In this document: piece by piece, positions 62,419 to 64,000 of the stretch | How the letters are laid out: every line of letters begins with the position of its first letter | Position numbering within the stretch: position 1 is the first letter of the stretch | Assembly: GCA_024137785.1 (NCBI GenBank) | Contig: JAHRHZ010000098.1 | Coordinates: forward strand, 38,669,231 to 38,733,230 | DNA: 64,000 nucleotides | DNA from: Ginglymostoma cirratum | Taxonomy: Eukaryota | Direction: 5' to 3' | Notes under the pieces: generated by a model | Told to the model about the DNA's origin: nothing | Seen by the model: the letters and a program-made list of their open reading frames with translations, nothing else | Databases searched by the model: none | Position numbers and translations under genes: made by a program

Positions 62419-64000
62419 AGTGGTAGTGTCACTGGACGACTAATTCACAATAATCAAATCTTACTATCACAACTTTGGACTTTGAATGGAATTAATGAAT
62501 CTGGAATTAAAAGCTAGTTTCAACAACGGTGACCATGAAATGCTTGCCAATTGTTGTTAAAAAAAAGGTTCAGTAATCTTCTTTAAGTAAGAAAACCTGC
62601 CATTCCTACCTGGTCTGCCGTGCATGTGACTCCAGACCCACAGCAACATGAGTGACTCTTAACTGCCCTCTGAAATAGGCAAGCCATTCAGTTACATCAA
62701 ATCAATACAAGATCTAAAAAGAATGAAACTTGATGAATCACTCAGCTTTGACCTATGGCAACCTAGCCCTATTGACCCTGCTAAATTTTCCTTATAAACA
62801 CCTTTAAACTTCTGCCAAAATTGGTACACCTGTTGCACGCAATAGTCACACAAGTCTGACACTGTCAAACTCATCAAATCATACCTTACATTGACTCCAG
62901 AGTACATGAAGTCTCATGGCTTCAGGTAAAACATGGACAAGGAAACCTCCTGCTAATCACCACTTACCACTCACCCTTCCATCCCTAGCTGGTCACTTAG
63001 CACTTCTCTATTGCGCACCAACTGGGATTTGCATTTAAGGGGTAGTGAGGACATTGAACGTACACCGCATGGGGAACTAAATGCCCAGCAGAAAGGCAGT
63101 GTCACAGCAGCACCACTACCGAAAGGACATGACTGCCAGACTGGTTTTGCAGCAGGTGGTAAGGTAACCAACTAAGAGGGGAAAAAAACTAGAAGACCTC
63201 ATCCTCACAAATCTACCAGTTACAGCTGCATCTGTCTACTGCACAGTCCTTGTGGAGACAAGTACCATTTTCACTTTGAGTATTCCTCTGTTCTGTTGTA
63301 TGGCAATATCATCTAGCTAAATGGGATAGATTTCAAACAGATCGAGCAATTCAAAACCAGGTATTCAAGAATGCCAGGAGCAGCACCAGGCATGTCTAAA
63401 AATGAGGCAACAATCTGGCAAGGCTACAACATAGGAATACCTACTTGACAAACAGCAGAAGGAGCATGTGATGAGAAACAAATCAATCAGATCCAAGTCC
63501 TGCCACATAAAATCGCAGATAGTTGTGCACAAAACAAACAACTATAGGTGGTTGGCCCTACAAATATCCCGTCCAGTGCAAAAGACAAGGCTTAAGCATT
63601 TGCATCTCTTATTAGTCATAAATGCTGATTAGATCATCCACTGTGCCATCCGCCTGAGGTCGCTAGCATCAGAGACAATGATCCTCAGCTTTTTAGCCAT
63701 TTTCTGAACCTGAGTAAATTGAAAGCATTGTACTACTGCAAACGCTTCAACATTCCAGCACTTGTATTCAATGGACCAAAGGGCTTTTTTCCGTGCAAGA
63801 GACCTCTATGACTTTATTATAAGAATCATCCTTCAGAACTACCTGCAACCCTAGCCAAGCTGTTCGGTGCAACTTGAACACTGCCAACTGAAAAGGCACG
63901 TCCTATCTTCAAGATGCAGGACAAATTGAACCTGGCCAATTATGATACCATTAGTCTACCTCAGTCGTCAACAAGTGATGGAAGATGCAGTCAACAGTGC
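62419..64000 (+). mobile_element. tRNA-SINE-like segment continuing into a degraded CR1/L2-group LINE ORF2 that runs off the window
   Basis: agtggtagtgtcactggac...gtgactccagacccacagcaac; gggatttgcatttaagg..., agacctcatcctcacaaatctacc (DLILTNL), aaccctagccaagctgttc (PLAKLF), aaccctggccaattat-like NxANY motif near 63930. Confidence 0.7.

Overview
Vertebrate intronic DNA, almost certainly from a shark (cartilaginous fish): AT-rich, with HE1/V-SINEs, many CR1 LINE fragments, L2-group LINEs and Penelope-like elements (PLEs). The only well-supported host coding sequence is a 102-nt, phase-0/0 internal exon on the minus strand (19898-19999; MKVSSKENGRHSEGENVREANSPQRSSSRDKLSD). From recalled sequences it matches exon 3 of the AUTS2/FBRSL1/FBRS family, most likely FBRSL1, so the window is probably intron 2 / exon 3 / intron 3 of that gene. 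Most listed ORFs are transposon remnants or chance. Main observations: (1) several 80-240-bp, often palindromic insertions made only of PLE termini, most with minimal hammerhead-ribozyme cores and bounded by 8-15-bp target-site duplications; (2) a ~530-bp near-perfect fold-back hairpin at 36.4-36.9 kb; (3) candidate cryptic/poison exons around exon 3; (4) a local templated insertion and a 100-bp inverted duplication; (5) repeat-free blocks that look like conserved enhancers. Repeat boundaries are approximate and family names come from recognition, not a database search.
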